A stretch of DNA of 64,000 bases, taken from the NCBI RefSeq assembly GCF_036971445.1, contig NC_091472.1, positions 304,854,001-304,918,000 on the forward strand, given 5' to 3'. A model generated the notes under the pieces. It worked only from the letters and a program-made list of their open reading frames with translations, was not told where the DNA came from and ran no database searches. Positions within the stretch are counted from its first letter, which is position 1. Every line of letters starts with the position of its first letter. Made by a program: the position numbers and the translations under genes. This document shows, in pieces, positions 1 to 14,548 of this stretch. Source of the stretch: Narcine bancroftii (taxonomy: Eukaryota).

Positions 1-599
1 TCTTTTTGTATGACAGAAAATATCATTATTCTGAGGTCTAGAAATGCTTCATTAATGTGATACTTTACTTACAAAAGCAAAAGCTTGATAAATTCATAGC
101 TACTCATATTCCAAACCAATGGAGTTTGTGTGGCTAGCAATAGATGCTGCTTTTAAATGCATGGAAAGTATGTGTAATCTCCTCAGACTAAATATAATCT
201 ACTTCAAGAAAATTAATTGCTACATCTTGAAGGTTGATGAGAAGTTTTCATTGGGGACAATTCTGGTTACCATCCAGTGCATCAACTATTAATGCATGTA
301 GCAAACCTAGACAGGAAAATGATGTTATGATAAAGGAGTCTTGTTTTAAGACAAGCCCATCTTTATTTCTTTTCAACTCCAATTAAGAACAATGCCCATC
401 TGAAGTCCAAGGATATTTGGAGAAAGTGTCAAATTCACAAGGATTACAAAATACAATCTTACTCTTGCAGCTACCATGTTAACTTAAAAAAGGTCTACTG
501 CACCCGATATATTTTAATCTAAGTGACAGTCTAAATGTTTGATTTTGGCTTTGTACTTTATTTATTCACAACATTTACAAATACTTTATAAAGTATAAG

Positions 600-1630
600 T
601 AGTATTACTCATCACTTCTACTCTCCTGGACATTTATATATGGTGAAGCTACTGCAGTAGTGTAGTTCCAAGAGTTTAACCAGTGACAATAAAAAAAATT
701 AAAATCATAATGGTTCAATTTGAAGGAAAACTTGCATTGGTGATCCTATGAACTTTCTCTGTGCTTTTTCTCACTGGCAGGTTATCAATTTCAAAGGTGC
801 AAAATCTAAAATAAATGTTGAAACTTATTTGTAAATGGTATGCACTCAAATGTTTTGCAACAGTGGAGAGAGCGAATATTTAAGGAAGTGGATGGGAACC
901 ATTAAAATTGCCCAGGATAATATCAAACTGAGTATTGTTGGAGTGCCTTGTTCCTTATTGATAATGGCAAGATTCTGGAGAAAAAAAAAGTGAGAAACTG
1001 CCAGCAAACTAGAGCATTGCCCTACTCATTCAGTGCAAGTATTGGTGTGCTCTCATTTAGTTAATTGACAGTGATCCCCAGAATGTTGACAATTACAATC
1101 AAATATTGAAGAGAGCTGGTTCATCTTATATTTGCAAGGCTCTTTTGTGAAGCAAATGTTACCCAACTGATCTGCTCAGTTCTTGCTTTATCTATGGAAC
1201 TAAAATAGAATTAAACCACTGCAATCAATAGAAAATTGTAAGATAACTGGTCATGTGACATTGGAAAGGTTATTGATGAGGCAACTGAAGACAAGTGGGC
1301 CCAAAGCAGCTCATGTAGTGATAATACCTGACCTTCATCAATCATCTTCCTCTATTCCAGTTTCAATTGCAGCGAAAACAACGAGTTTCCCCAATTCACA
1401 CCATCTACAGTTGTATTAGACATTTTTGGTAACTCATTCAGTAAAGCTATGCATTGAAGTCAAGGGGAGAAGCCACCGCGTTGCTGAAGGGTCTGGACCA
1501 AAATACTGACCGTCATATTTCCCTCCATAGATGCTTCCTGTCCCTCCAGCAATTTGATTTTTTTTTATATAAAGTTTGCATCACTCTCCACTATTTCACC
1601 CTTCTGCATTACGACAACTGCAGCAGTTTC
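600..1630 (-). mobile_element. Old degenerate CR1/L2-like LINE remnant
   Basis: Decayed RT-like LDF motif on the minus strand at ~1445-1470. No ORF; boundaries approximate. Confidence 0.3.
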
Positions 1631-2123
1631 TCTGACAGAGCCAAACTGATTTGACATAACCACGTTCAGAAAAAGTTATTTCACATTTAATCACATTATA
1701 TAAACAAATGTCTAAAATGGAGGTGAGAAGCACCGTGGAATAAACCTTTTAGCAAATAACAGTGTAATAAGACCACATTACATTATTTTAAAAAAAGGGT
1801 TCAAAAGTGTCCAGATGGAATACAATGAATAGACCAAGTATTTCAAAATAATCAGCCTAAATGATCATTCCTGAGCAACTATCCTTTTAAAAAATGGTAA
1901 GAACCCAATTATTTGACTCAGCTGGCAGACAAGACTTCAATTTGCTAAATTCTAGTTTAATTTTAAAACTACATTTTAATTCAAGAAATGAGTTCCTCCA
2001 TTATCAGGTGGCATTTGGTTATAGGCTGAAATACTCACACACTACATAACTAGAAATTAAGTTGCACCAATAAAAAAAATTAATAAGCCTGTCAAATTAT
2101 TTAAACTGATAATAATTACTTAC

Positions 2124-2311
2124 AGTAAAGGAAATAAAAATCCCGGAAGTGCCAAGGTTAATCGTTCAGTCCATTCTTCAGGAAAACACCACAAGTACAC
2201 AACTATAAAGGCTATAATATAAAGAGTGGATGAATAGAGTACAAGTCTTCCAACCCAGATCTTTTGAAGTCTTTGATTCTTTTCCTTGAATTCTTCCAAT
2301 ATATTTATTTC
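2124..2311 (-). CDS. LNPK: Lunapark (ER junction formation factor) coding exon with the two transmembrane segments
   Basis: Reverse complement reads ag|EINILEEFKEKNQRLQKIWVGRLVLYSSTLYIIAFIVVYLWCFPEEWTERLTLALPGFLFPL|gtaag, matching vertebrate Lunapark as I recall it (EIQALEEFREKNQRLQKLWVGRL...). 188 nt, canonical AG/GT. Not in the ORF track. Confidence 0.95.
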
Positions 2312-3719
2312 CTAATAAACAGAAGCAATTAAATTTAGCTCAACATCATATCACTAAATGTTTGTTTCAGACAGCTGGACAAATGTGCAACGTACACAGA
2401 CATATTATTCAACATCTTTATTGGTACCAAAACACACCATTAGACTGGAGCAGTCACAATACTCGTTGTCAAGTCTACTCAAATTTTCATAATACAAAAT
2501 CAGTTATTGTAATTTTTCCAATGCACACTTAAATCTTGCACACATCTAGCAGTCTAGGTTTTGAAAAGTAATTTTTTTTTAATAAATCAGATTGAAACTT
2601 GCATCCAATGGAAATGAGAAATAGGGAATGCAGGGAGATGGTAATGGAGCATAAACAGAAGAGGACTGTGGGACACGTTTTAGCAACAGAATTGTACAAG
2701 ACCACTCAAGGCCTTAGTGGTGGAATGGATAAAATTAATCAATCCTCAAAGCACAAAATTAGAATCAAAGATACCTTGAGAGCTTGCAAAGCTGAAAGTA
2801 TTATGGGAGGGCATGTGACACAAATAAGAACATAGAGCCAGGTGACAAAGATTTTAAAATTGCTAAGCTGTCTAAGCGTAGATCAGCACAGTCATTAAAT
2901 GAGCCTTGTAAGCCCAGGCTCAAGCTGCAAATGTTGGAATTCAATAAAAGACATAGAACATTAAATGGTCACAGATATGTATTTGGGGGGGTCATGGACC
3001 AGAAGGCCCTGTTACCATGCTGTATCTCAAAATTAATATTTAAAAAAATTTAAATTTCAACAATTTTGTACAAGATGCACAAGGATGGCCAGATAAGGAT
3101 TGTGGTAACCCAGATAGTGGATCTGGTAGAATATGACCCAAGTAGAAGTCAAAGTTATGTTACATCAGTGGAAGTAGCTTGCCTTCATGAAATTAACATT
3201 AATTTTTTTTTAAAATACAAGCAGTCTGACTTAGCTTTAAATGATTTACTAGAATAAGAATGGAGGTCAGGGAGCTAAATTTGTGGCATTGACCAAAAAC
3301 AATTACTTCAGGCTTTCTCTTCAGGATTCCTTTTAATGAAATATAATAAAGAAAAGGTAATATGCACAAAACTTCCTTTAGCCTATCAGAAGGCAAACAG
3401 TCACCATTAGCAGTGCCCAGTATGTTGAAGGATGAAAATAGAAAAGAACCAAGTATAACTACCACAGTAGATTCACAAGCAAAATTGAAACATCTTAATC
3501 TAATACAATAGTAAATGAATGTGCAGTTTTTTTTTAAAGTTAAACTCCAAATTGAAATTTGTGTCAAGTAACTATTCAATACACATTGTCCTTTCTATTA
3601 CAAAAGTGGACACTACAAATCATTTTAGAATGTAGCAATTTTTTTTTTTTAAAGTGGCAACCTCATCCTGCTGATTCTGTTCCCTTCCTGAATAAATCAC
3701 TTTCAACTTTTCGTTCTAT

Positions 3720-4602
3720 TGTTACGGGTTATATTATATTTTAGATTATAAATAAATGTCTTTAAAAGAGATAGATTGAGGGGGTTCAGTGTAGGTCACT
3801 TCGCAAAGTAACAAAACACATCTCATTTAAAATGCTAGAGCTTTGCTGAAGCCAGACATTCACGCAACAGTGAATTTTGCAAAGACAATGGAAATGCTTT
3901 GGAAGGAACTTCAGAAGGAACAATGTACAGGCAGAGTGCTGATAAAGATCTTTCAAGGATTGGGTTTGGAGCCCTGCAAGCAGTTCTGGTTTTTACAAGC
4001 AGATAGAGGCAAAACAGGATTTATCTTAGAGGGAGAGAGAAGTCAGTTCAGCAGTAGCTTTTAACATGGCAAGCTGGCAAGCTTCTTGAAAACCCCCATT
4101 TTGAAGACTAGTTGTGAGTTCTGAGTTCAGCCTGTTCAAAACCCTTGTAGTCCTCAAGAGGAAATGGTTGGCTTGAGTGTTTCTCCTGAAATTAGGGAAG
4201 CAAGAGGAACTCTGGTGACCTGGAAGATTATCATTTGGAAAACCCATGATGGTGCAAGTTTCTTTAGCAAGACACTGAAGTAACTGATAGGAGGGTATCA
4301 GTTTGTGTGTGTCCAACAAGCAGCAACTCTCTCTCAGAAATGAACAAGAACCTTCCTGAGTGATAACTATTTACCTTTAAGCACCAGAACCTAGTGAAAA
4401 TTTATAAATGTTGAATTCTGTGCACAATGAGAATTGCTTGATACTGGTGAACTTGGAGAAGTGAAAAGTGAATGATTGGACGATCAAATTTGATCCTGTT
4501 TTTATGTTTAAATAAAATTAAAAGCAACTTATGTTTAAGTAATCATTTGTCTTGGCGAATTTCTATTGCTGCTGGGTTTTGGGGTCCTCTGAGCTCATAA
4601 CA
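3720..4602 (+). mobile_element. Solo LTR (family A)
   Basis: Starts TGTTAC and ends TAACA, flanked by near-identical 4-mers CTAT/CCAT. Homologous in inverted orientation to 6872-7875. Confidence 0.75.
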
Positions 4603-6119
4603 CCATCATAACATGCATTTGAGTTTTTTCATCCTTGTGCCCTTTCATTCATCTCTATTCACTCCCTCAACCCAATCTCATCTCAGAATTCCCAATCCAT
4701 ATTAAAAGTTACAAGGAGATAACATCCTTGCACTTTGATTTGGGAGGAGAGAATTTTCAGTTTCAATGTCTATTATTACCATTATGCCATCATGTTTCTG
4801 GTTTCACCACAGCACCAAAAAGGACCCATATAATCAAGATGTATATTACATTCTTTAACAATGTTGCACAACTACTTGCTTGTGACCCCTCGCTGACCTT
4901 TGACACAATTAATCATACTCTCCTTTTTTTGTCCAGCTGCTTTTAAATCTTGGTTTTGGTGTAGAGTCTTTCCAAATAATTTTCTTAAGTTAAAATAAAT
5001 GAAATTCAGAAAATGAATGGAGTCTCCAAAGCTCTATTATCTGTAATAGCATGTTCAATTTCGACTTTTTAACTACCTCTATTCCAATTAGTTTCCAACT
5101 TCCTAGTAAGCTACAACTTTTCTATAACAATGGGAAGACCAAAGATACAAGTTTTAATTCTTGTTAAAACTGTTCCATCCCAGATCTTCCCCAGCCACAA
5201 ACCTGGGCCATATTGTTTTCAAACTTAATGGTGTTAGATCTGGAGCTGGACACAAGCTCAGAAGACTTCTATGCCACGGTCCTATCTTCACCATATTTAT
5301 TATTATAACCCTCATCCATGGCTTTGTTACAACAGAGACAACCAATCCTTCCTGGCCAACTCTCATTTTCCTTTAATGTAACCTCAACTGATGGTTTGCA
5401 TTCCAAATCCTGTTTATCCATACTCTCTGCCTGTAGAAAAAGTTTTGACTGTAACATTATCTCCATTTTCAATTTCCATCATGACCACACACCTTCTCAC
5501 TCCAAGCAGTTTTGCATAATATTCCACAAAGTTGGAGTTCTTTCAATTCTTAAATATGTGTCCACCTCTGCATTGGTGCCATCCAAGGTACACAATCTGG
5601 ATTTTTTTCCTAAAAAGATCTCCAACCTCTGGCCTTCTTTAAAAGAAACCCTCTAGGTAATCACCAAAATATTCTGTGGCTCAAAGTCAAATTATGTCTG
5701 ATTAAGCTTCTGTAAAATGCCCTGAGACACTCAAAATATCCCATAAACTTAAGATGGGGTTCCACTCGCTTTTTGTGAACTTGCAAACTCTGTTCCACTG
5801 TCATGCAAAAAATCATATGAATTGTTTTATAATGCTAATTCAATAAGTTGATTAATTATACACACATCAAAAAACAGCTCGATTCACTAGACAAGTTACC
5901 AAAGCCCAATAATCACCAAGCTAACCACAAATACTATTTTTCTGTCATCCTATGTTACCTTCTAGTTACAAACCAATGGGTGATACCGAAATAAAGCAGT
6001 GGGGCCATATTTTGCATTTGATCCACCGACAACTAGAACACTAAAGTTTTTCACTATTTTATCCATGTGGGATTTCCTAATTTTTCTAGTAATTAGATCT
6101 CAGGTTTAGCTTGATTTAA

Positions 6120-6871
6120 ACTTTTTTTATTTTCACACAAGCTTGTACAGCCATATACTGTGTCATGCCAACAATGGCAGTTCACATTCAAATATACATA
6201 TATTCATTTCCTTTATGACTACATATACAAGCCCTTGTCTCTACCAACCCCCCTCTCCCCATACATAAAACAAGACTACTCACTCAAACTTCAACACCAG
6301 GAAATAAATTAATCAGAGGCGCAGCTCTGTGGGCAGCCTTTGGGCCGATATTCATTCCTGACTTTCCTTGATTGGGATCAATGCAAGGGAGGAGGTCGCA
6401 GGAAGGAACAGGGAAACCAATCACCGCCATGTGCTTATGTAGGGTATATATGGCTGCCAGATCTTACAAAAGGTACTGTATTTGTTTCTCAGGTTACAAG
6501 TCATTTTCTCCAGGGGAGTGCAGCTCTGCATTTCCTTGCTTCATCATTCAATACTAAGACTAGGGTCAGACTTCCAAGTCGCCACAATGCACTTCCTGGC
6601 CACCGCCAATGCAATTAACACAAATTGGATTTGAAATTTAGACGACTTCATTGTAAGCCTTTCATCCATTATGTTTCCCAGCAGGAACAACTCTGAATCC
6701 TGTGGGAATCACTTGCCTATAATTTTCACCAGGATTTGGCCTGGATCTACCCAAAAGGACCTCACCTTGGTACATGACCAGGTTGCGTGCACGAACATCC
6801 TGGCCGCAATGCCACATCTGAAATATTGGTCCGAGAGTTCCAGTTTTAGACCTATTTTAGTTACTTGGGCT
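6120..6871 (-). mobile_element. Degenerate L1-like 3' end
   Basis: T-rich tail at the left and UTR-like C-rich stretch; adjoins the solo LTR at 6872. Confidence 0.35.
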
Positions 6872-7875
6872 TGTTACAAGCCCAGAGGACTCCAAAACTC
6901 AGCAGCATTATCAAGACAATGGTTACTTAAACTAAAGTTGCTTTTAATTTTCTTTAAACATAATAATAAGATCAAACTTTAACTTAATACTATTAACTCC
7001 CTTCTAACTCTAAGAACAGATGTATGTAATATGTATATGTTCAGGAAAGTTCTTTGATTCACAGTCCAATCATTCACTTCTCAATTCTCAATTCTCCAAG
7101 TTCACTTGTATCAGGCCATTCTTATACTGTGCACAGAATTTAACATTTATGAATTTTGACCAAGCTCTGGTGCTGAAAGGTAAATGGTTACCACTCAGGA
7201 AGGTTCTTGTTGGTTTCAGAGAGAGATTTGTGGCTCATTGGAGGAAATTAGTTTGTGTGTGTCCAATCAGTCATTTCAGTGTCTTGACAAAGAAACCTGC
7301 CCCATCATGGGTTTTACAAATGATAACCTCTTCTTCCAGGTCACCGCTGAGTTCCTCTTGTTTCCCTTATTTCAGGAGAAACACTCGAGCCAGCCAATTC
7401 TTTTTGTAAAGACAACAAGGGTTTTTAACAGGCTGAACTCAGAACTCACAACCTGTCTTCAAAAATGGGGACTTTCCAAGAAGCCTGCTAGCTTTCCATG
7501 TCACAGCCTCAACTGCTACTGTATAACTTGCCCCTCTCTCTTTCTCTCTCTCCTTCTGAGAAGAATCCTGTGTTTTTTTTTCCTCTCTTTGCTTGTAAAA
7601 ATCAGATGACCACTCCCAAGGCTCCAAACCCAATCTTTGAGAGATCTTATCAGTACTTGAACCTGGACTTTATTCCATTTGTATCTCCTCTTGAAGTTCT
7701 TTCCAAAGCAGTTCCATTTTCTCTCCAAAAATCAACCAGAGCCTCAACGTCTAACTTCAGCAAAGCTCTTGCATTTTAAATGAGATATCTTTTATGAAAT
7801 GACCTACACTAAACCCCCACAATCTCTCTTTTAAATAATGCATTTATCCATAACCATTCTAATATAACCCATACA
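6872..7875 (-). mobile_element. Solo LTR (family A), inverted copy
   Basis: TGTTAC...ATACA termini with GGCT/GGTT flanks. Shares long blocks (e.g. gttgtgagttctgagttcagcctgtt, gagtgtttctcctgaaat) with 3720-4602. Confidence 0.75.
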
Positions 7876-8008
7876 GGTTCCAACCCACCCCTACCCTTCC
7901 CCCTCTCCCCAAGATGTGTCAAATGATAATGAAGAGGATTAGTCATTTTATGCCTCTCTATTTATAGTTGCAAACTATAATGAGAGCATCAAAGTAAATC
8001 TTTTAGTA

Positions 8009-8227
8009 CAGGTAGTCCTCATCTTACGATGGTGTTACGTTCTGGCACTCCTATGTCAAAAAAATCTTGTCAATAAAGGGCAATGCAATCAGTGTGGGGA
8101 CCGACACAAGGCTGTCAGCAGACACTGAACATCATAGCCTAGCCAAAATTCAAAGTACAGTATGGATTTGAACCATCGTAACTTCGAAAAATTGCAAGTC
8201 AGACCATTGCAAGTCAGGGACTACCTG
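8009..8227. mobile_element. Tc1/pogo (Tigger-like) MITE
   Basis: TIRs CAGGTAGTCC...GGACTACCTG with a TA target duplication on both sides. Confidence 0.8.
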
Positions 8228-9179
8228 TATTCTGTTTGAGGTTTGATTACTCCCCACTTTGTGATTTTAATACTAATTCTTTTGAATGGAGTTTTTTTTT
8301 AATTGACAGGATGGGTTTAAGTAGAAAACAAAACTAGAACACTTTCCTTATTCACACAAAATAACCCAAAATCTCATTTTTTAAATAAATAAAGAATACA
8401 TTTTTTGTGAAAATGCAATATGCAAAATTCTCTCTTCTCAGTTTTGCAGAAATTATTTTTAAAAAAACAAGTAAAATAATGATTTGAGCAGAAAGCACCA
8501 TTTCCAAACTCAAAGCCAGCTTCTCTTGTGCACTTCGGTGGCAAGTTGATCCAAGGATACATTGGACTAAGTTGGTCTAATTCTATATTCATATTATAAA
8601 CTATAGGTCCATGTGACTTTCTGATTTGTGAACTTTGCGATGTTTCACAAATCAATGACTTGCTAGCCTACTAGAATTGACCCAAAAACAAATAGCAAAC
8701 AAGTAGAGTTTTAAATGACTAACATTCACATTTATTTTCTGTTATTACCTCATACCAATTTTATTAAATTCAGTTTCATAACTTACTGTGAGTAATGAAC
8801 CAATCAACAAGGAAACAAAGATGTGATTATTTTGTTTTCAGGATGTGAGATTCACTGTAAGGACAGCATTTATTAACCTTGAAATGACTAACTTTCTGGG
8901 CTATTTCAGAGTCAACTATTATTGATAAGTCTGGAGTCACATTTCAGCTAGATTAGGCAAGGATGGCAAATTATCTCACCTGAAGAATATTAGTGATTTT
9001 AATTTTTATTTAAAATGAGTTTATGAACATTACTAATGACTTTAAATTGCAGGTTATTTATCAAATGCAAGTTTAACTGTTAATTGAGATTTGAATTCTA
9101 GACATTGGACAACTTGTCAATTAGCAACCATTATTACTGTATTACATGCATAGAAAAATTACAAATTGAATAATGGTAC

Positions 9180-9221
9180 CTTATCAATTTTTTCCAAAAT
9201 TTCTACAGTGGAAGGCTTGGC
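9180..9221 (-). CDS. LNPK: Lunapark 42-nt coding exon
   Basis: tgcag|GCC AAG CCT TCC ACT GTA GAA ATT TTG GAA AAA ATT GAT AAG|gtacc = AKPSTVEILEKIDK (cf. human TKPSTVEVLESIDK). Phase 0/0 joins the flanking exons in frame. Confidence 0.93.
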
Positions 9222-10329
9222 CTGCATTAAAGACAGAAAGAAATTTTGAAAAACATTTACATATTTGTGTTCAAAGTAACTTTAAATAATTCAGTTATAC
9301 AAATAAAAGTTTACTGCTCAATTTACTATCGATGGGACCTCTCACCAATAGGTTTCAGTTTGAAGGCATCATATAATGAACAAAGATTTTTTTGTGATAA
9401 TGAGTTTATTATCATGTACAATGTACATGTGCACCAAAATACTCACTTCATTTAGTCAAAAATGTACTTAAATTAACAGAGTTTAAATAAAATAAATACA
9501 AAAGATATTGAAAATAAATAAAAACAATATTGACTTTGCACAATGCAGTCAGTCCTTTGGTGGTGTTGGAGCAGTCCATGTAACAAGGGAAAGTTCAACA
9601 GCGGATGGAATCAACAATGTACATGTTAACTACAAATGATAATTAAAGCTTTTCAGTACTGGTGGTACACTGCACAAATGAGAAGGAAGTAATAAAAGCT
9701 CATGGCAATTAGAAACCAGCAAGCACTACTTTTAGATACTACTTATTGATGCAAGGCTTCTATTCAACTTTAATACCACGTTTACTATCACAAGCAAAGG
9801 GGAGAGATTAATGTCAGTAAATTATCATTATTTGAAATAATAAATTCAGATGAATTACCTATGATGCAACCAAAGTTCAAAATCAAGAAAAATACAAAAC
9901 TAAAATCCTAGAGGTGCCATCACAAAATCTCATATATATTCCCCTCAGAACATCAGCAAGGACTTGTAATTGTGATAATAAAGTACAATTAAATTAATCC
10001 AACATCCAATTGTTCAGAAATCCTTCTTTTTCAGCATCCAACATTCCGATAAAGTGTGCCAGAGGTTAAAAGCGCAACTAGGGCATGTGACCAGAAGCAA
10101 GGCTCTCGAGGGCAGCTGAGACCATGATCCATTGTGATGTGCCAATGCTGGGGTCCAGAACACTAGATGCAAGGAATATGGGATGGTTTGCAGCCAGAGC
10201 AAAAGTCAGAATGCTCATATATTTTCTGCTCCTTTTACAGAAATCCTACAATACTGCCATAAAGAAGACCTGTCATTAAGCTGACTTTGCTTGTTTACAA
10301 TGAACCAATCAATTCCAGTTGAGCCAGTT

Positions 10330-11138
10330 TGTCATTTTACACAGCAAGCCAGCATTCTGGGAGAAAGAGAAGTGGGACGCATAACAACAGCAGCAACGTC
10401 TAGTGTGATGTATAACATACTTATTTGATGGCATACAAGACCCACTTTTTTCCCCCCCAGAAAAAGCTCAAAAATATCCCCTGGGTCTTGTATACAAAGT
10501 TGAAATTAGGGTGATAATGGTGAGTAACACCAAGTTATCATCGGTGCTGCATGGCTACCTAGCATCACTGCTATCTATCATTGGGGAATGGTGGCGGGCT
10601 ATCGGGGCAACGGGATCAGTGTGGGGACTGATGGCAGGCTGTCAGGAGACTCTCCTGTCGGCCCACTGTCAGACCCCACATTGGTCCACCCCCCACCAGG
10701 AGGGAGCAGAGCAGCGGGCAGCTAAACTGCCAGGTGAGAGCAGCACCGCAGAATCAGTTTGGGGACCCATAGCGGCAGATTGTTTTTATAAAATCTTTTC
10801 TGCTATAGCAAAGCTGCTTTTGTTTTCTCTTATAAATTATAGCAGTATTGCTATTAAATTGATTTTCCTAGTTGCAGGTTTTGTCCAAGTTGTAAAGGCT
10901 TACCCGCATATATGCTAAAAAAAATTCTTAATATTTCTTGCTGAAATGGAGAGGCCTATATGCCCAGGGTCTTAACTGCTGTCAAATATGGTACACATAC
11001 ACATCCTTTCCCATCCTGCTCTGCTTCTGCTTCCATGTTAAAGGAAGGACTGCAATAAACCACGGCCACCATTCTGTGTTTTTACACACAAGGCATGGCG
11101 TAATATTCCCACATTGAAATGGCTGTGTAAAAGGGGCT
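10330..11138. mobile_element. Harbinger-like MITE with a nested pogo-like MITE (~10418-10993)
   Basis: Outer inverted repeats ttttacacagc / gctgtgtaaaa. Inner imperfect inverted ends tatttgatggcatacaagaccc / gggtcttaactgctgtcaaata. Confidence 0.45.
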
Positions 11139-11567
11139 ATTGTATTCCAGAAAAGGCATGAAAATTATGCAAATATGCAAAAATGTGAAATAAGTGTTAC
11201 AGTATTCTTGGAAATACATTCAATAGTCCAGAAAATCAACATCTAACAAGGGGAAAGAGAAGTAAACATTTAAGGTTGAAGCATACAAGAGGAGGCACTG
11301 CATTTCCAAATCAATGTTTTAAGAAAAATGTTCCAACATCATATTTAGGGAGGAACAAATTCCAATTGAAAGGTGCCCCTATTAAGAAGGGAAAGTAGAA
11401 AGGTAAATTCTGAGAGACCAGAATCACAACAACAAAACTATTGTTCTAGGCTATCTTAATAACACATGTTGGTTTGACAGATAGAAACCAAACTTGATTT
11501 TGTGGAGTGAAATTCCCATTTTATGGGCATACTCCCCTTTCAAACTAAAAAAAATTTCATTTAGCAC

Positions 11568-11790
11568 CTGGGTGGCATGGGTGGCGTAGCAGTTAGCGCA
11601 ACACTTATATAGCCAGCAATCAGGACCAGGGTTCAAATCTGCACTGATTATAAGGAGTGGATAACTGTTTGTATGTCTCCCCGTGTCTGCGTGGGTTTAC
11701 CCCAGGTGCTCCAGTTTCAAAATGGACCAGTTAGTTAATTGGGTGGCACCAGCTCATGGGCCAAAATGGCCTGCATGTCTAAATTATTAA
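11568..11790 (+). mobile_element. tRNA-derived V-SINE (HE1-like)
   Basis: A-box (tggcgtagcagttagc), B-box (ggttcaaatc) and V-domain core tctccccgtgtctgcgtgggttt...gtgctcc. Confidence 0.8.
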
Positions 11791-11799
11791 AAATCTGAC

Positions 11800-14548
11800 C
11801 AAACAAATTGTTCAGTTGGATTTTTTTAAATTATTCATTTACACTATTTTCTTAAGAGTCAGAGCGATACAGTTCAGAATAAAATTCCTGAAAGGTATCA
11901 TTAATTTCTAAATCACCACTAACTTTATGAATTTCTTAGATTTGTCATTTGGCTACTGAAGCTTTTAATTATCTAATAGTTAACCTGTTTTATCTCCAGG
12001 AATATAGAATTGACTTTCAGCTTTTAAAAGCTAACTTTCAATTGGATACATAAGAAGCTCATATTTAGTTTTAATTTCAACATGCTACTTATATAAAGCA
12101 GGGTCTGGAGTCTGAGCGCATCTTTGATCTAATATTTTCAGTTGATTAGCTAAATCAGTTTTCCCTTGGTTAGCCTTTATCTCAATGCTTGCAGTACAAG
12201 AGATCATTTGTCCCCTAATAAAAGCCTTAAAAGAATCACAAACAACAAGATTGGAAGCCTCTTCCAAAGTGTATTTTTCAAAATAAAGAGTAAATTGTTT
12301 CTCCAATAACTTTTAAAATTCCTCATTAGATAGTAGGGTTGAATTAAAATGCCAATGTCCATTTATTTGGGGAAAACCAGGAAAGTTTAAAGATAGTAAC
12401 ACAGGAGCATGGTCAGAAATGACAATATTTTTTAATATGTACAGGATCAAATGAATGGGACCATTTGATTATCAATAAAAAGTTAATCTGTGAATGCATG
12501 ATGAACATAAGAAAAAAAAACAAATATTCCCCATCTTCTGGATGAAAAAAAGTCAAACAAATAATAAGTTTAATTTTTAAAATTGAATGAATAAAGCAGA
12601 TTTATTCAATGTGGCTGGCTTAGGAGACAATCAATCTAAAAACTTTAAAGTTAAAGCCTCCTCCCATCACTAATGAATAAAGACAAATCAAGCAAGAGTG
12701 AAAAAATGTTTTAAAAATCCAGTCATCCACATTCCGGGCATAAATGTTAGCAAACACAACTAATTTATTATAAAATGTCTTTGTCATAATAGCAAAGAGA
12801 CCATTTGTGTCTGAGATAACATTATGTTGAACAAAGGGAAATGAAGATCGATACCCCTCTGGATTTGGCCTGAAATGATGAGTGAAAATGAAGTCCATTC
12901 CTTCTTCTAAAAAGACACGCGTCACTATTATGAATATGAGTTTCTTGCAAAAAGATCATTGGGGCCTTTTTTTTTAAAGCATAAGCAAAAAAATCTTGTG
13001 TCATTTTACAGGATGATTCATCCCTTTGATGTTAAAACTAAGTAACTGAATTACTTGATTTTAACTCTTTAAAAGTAAGCTAACAAATAGGAAACCTATA
13101 TCAAACATACTAACCGAGCATCGAAAGTGTGATATACCAAGCCAAAACAAATTTTAAAAAAATATTAACACCCCTCCCTCCCTCTAAAGCCAGAAAGCCA
13201 ACCAAAAAACAGACGACACACAGCTAACTAAATTATCTATCCACAAAAAATTTCCTGCTGGAAAAACTGCAATGCTATAATGAAACCTTGAATGTGTTCC
13301 AATGAGACAAAATAAAGCTAGTGCAGTTAATGTCAACAGAAGCTGATATAACTATTATGTTTCCATAATAAAAAAGCAAGCAATCCCAATTAATGAGAAA
13401 AAAACCTTGAAGTAAAAACACAAATATTAATCCAAATAATTAATTCAGAATCAAAAAGCTTTACATTTTTATAAGCTAAATGATTTAAATATCAAAAGCA
13501 AACTAATGAAATGTATAAACTAAGGCATTAACTCATGTAAAGTTTATTCTATTAACTAAGCATTAAAAAAATTCAAGTAAATTAGCTACAGAGGATTAAA
13601 TAAACAGTTACTCAGAGGGAGAAAAAGTAGATGGCAGATATTCTTCCAAGAATTTCTGTGCTTCTTCAATGGTATGAAACCACATCAGTGATACGAAGGC
13701 TTACTATAAAAAGCAGAGGAGGCTTTAAACCTTGATTATAGCTTTCTGACAAAATCTTTTTTGAATTTACACACTCATTCATAACCTCAGATGAGTAATC
13801 CTTAATGACACCAATCTTCTGATTTTTGTAGTCAATTCTTCCTCTGCGACAAACTTCACATAATAAAAGCTCCTTAGTTTGAAATTCATTAAAGCAGACT
13901 ATAACCGAACGAGGTCTCTGACCGGGAATTTGTTTAGCAATCAATGATCTACGTGCATGATCAATCGCATGGAAAGTTGGCAGGACTACAGATTCAAACA
14001 ATTCAGCCAGTAAACTTGCAAAAACCTTAGTAGGTTGGCAAACCTCAATTGACTCTTCCAAACCCAGAAATCGATAGTTATTTCTACTGCTTCTATTTTC
14101 TAAATTAGTAATCTTCTGGGTTAATTTTTGATTAGTCTTTGACAAGTCTTTACAGAGCTTTTGAACATCAACCATTCTTCCATCCAAAGCATGTGAAAGT
14201 TCTTCATTATCTTGAATATACTTATCATGTTCTTCTAAGGTTTTTTGAAAAGAATCCAGTTTGGCATCCACCTGCTTAAATTCAATTCTGAATTAATTTC
14301 TGAATTGTAATTCATCAGAGGACTCTTCTATGATGTCGAAACAAATCTATGATAGACTCTAAAGACACAGGAGGATCTTCTTTTCTAGTAGTTTTATTTC
14401 TTGTAGCCATGTTAAAGACAAGTTACAGTCGTTAATCCAGTTAAATTCAGCAATGTAGAGTTTAAGAAGGATTTAAGAAGGTTGGAAACAATAAATTGGA
14501 GCAACTTCAAAAAGATGCTACTCCATCAACAGTCAGCAGGAAGTCTCA
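11800..14548 (-). mobile_element. L1-clade LINE, 5' half (5'UTR, ORF1, endonuclease part of ORF2), decayed
   Basis: ORF1 with coiled coil and LENRSSRNNYRFLGLEE...RPRSVIV (ATG ~14410). APE endonuclease fragments (IFLQETH, ANIYA.N, GGFN, SDHAPV) and FKAFIRGQMIS. Confidence 0.85.

Noticed and set aside
1-2123. Next Lnpk exon (IWS...ERNN-like)
   Set aside because: No convincing match with splice sites was found; it probably lies left of the window.
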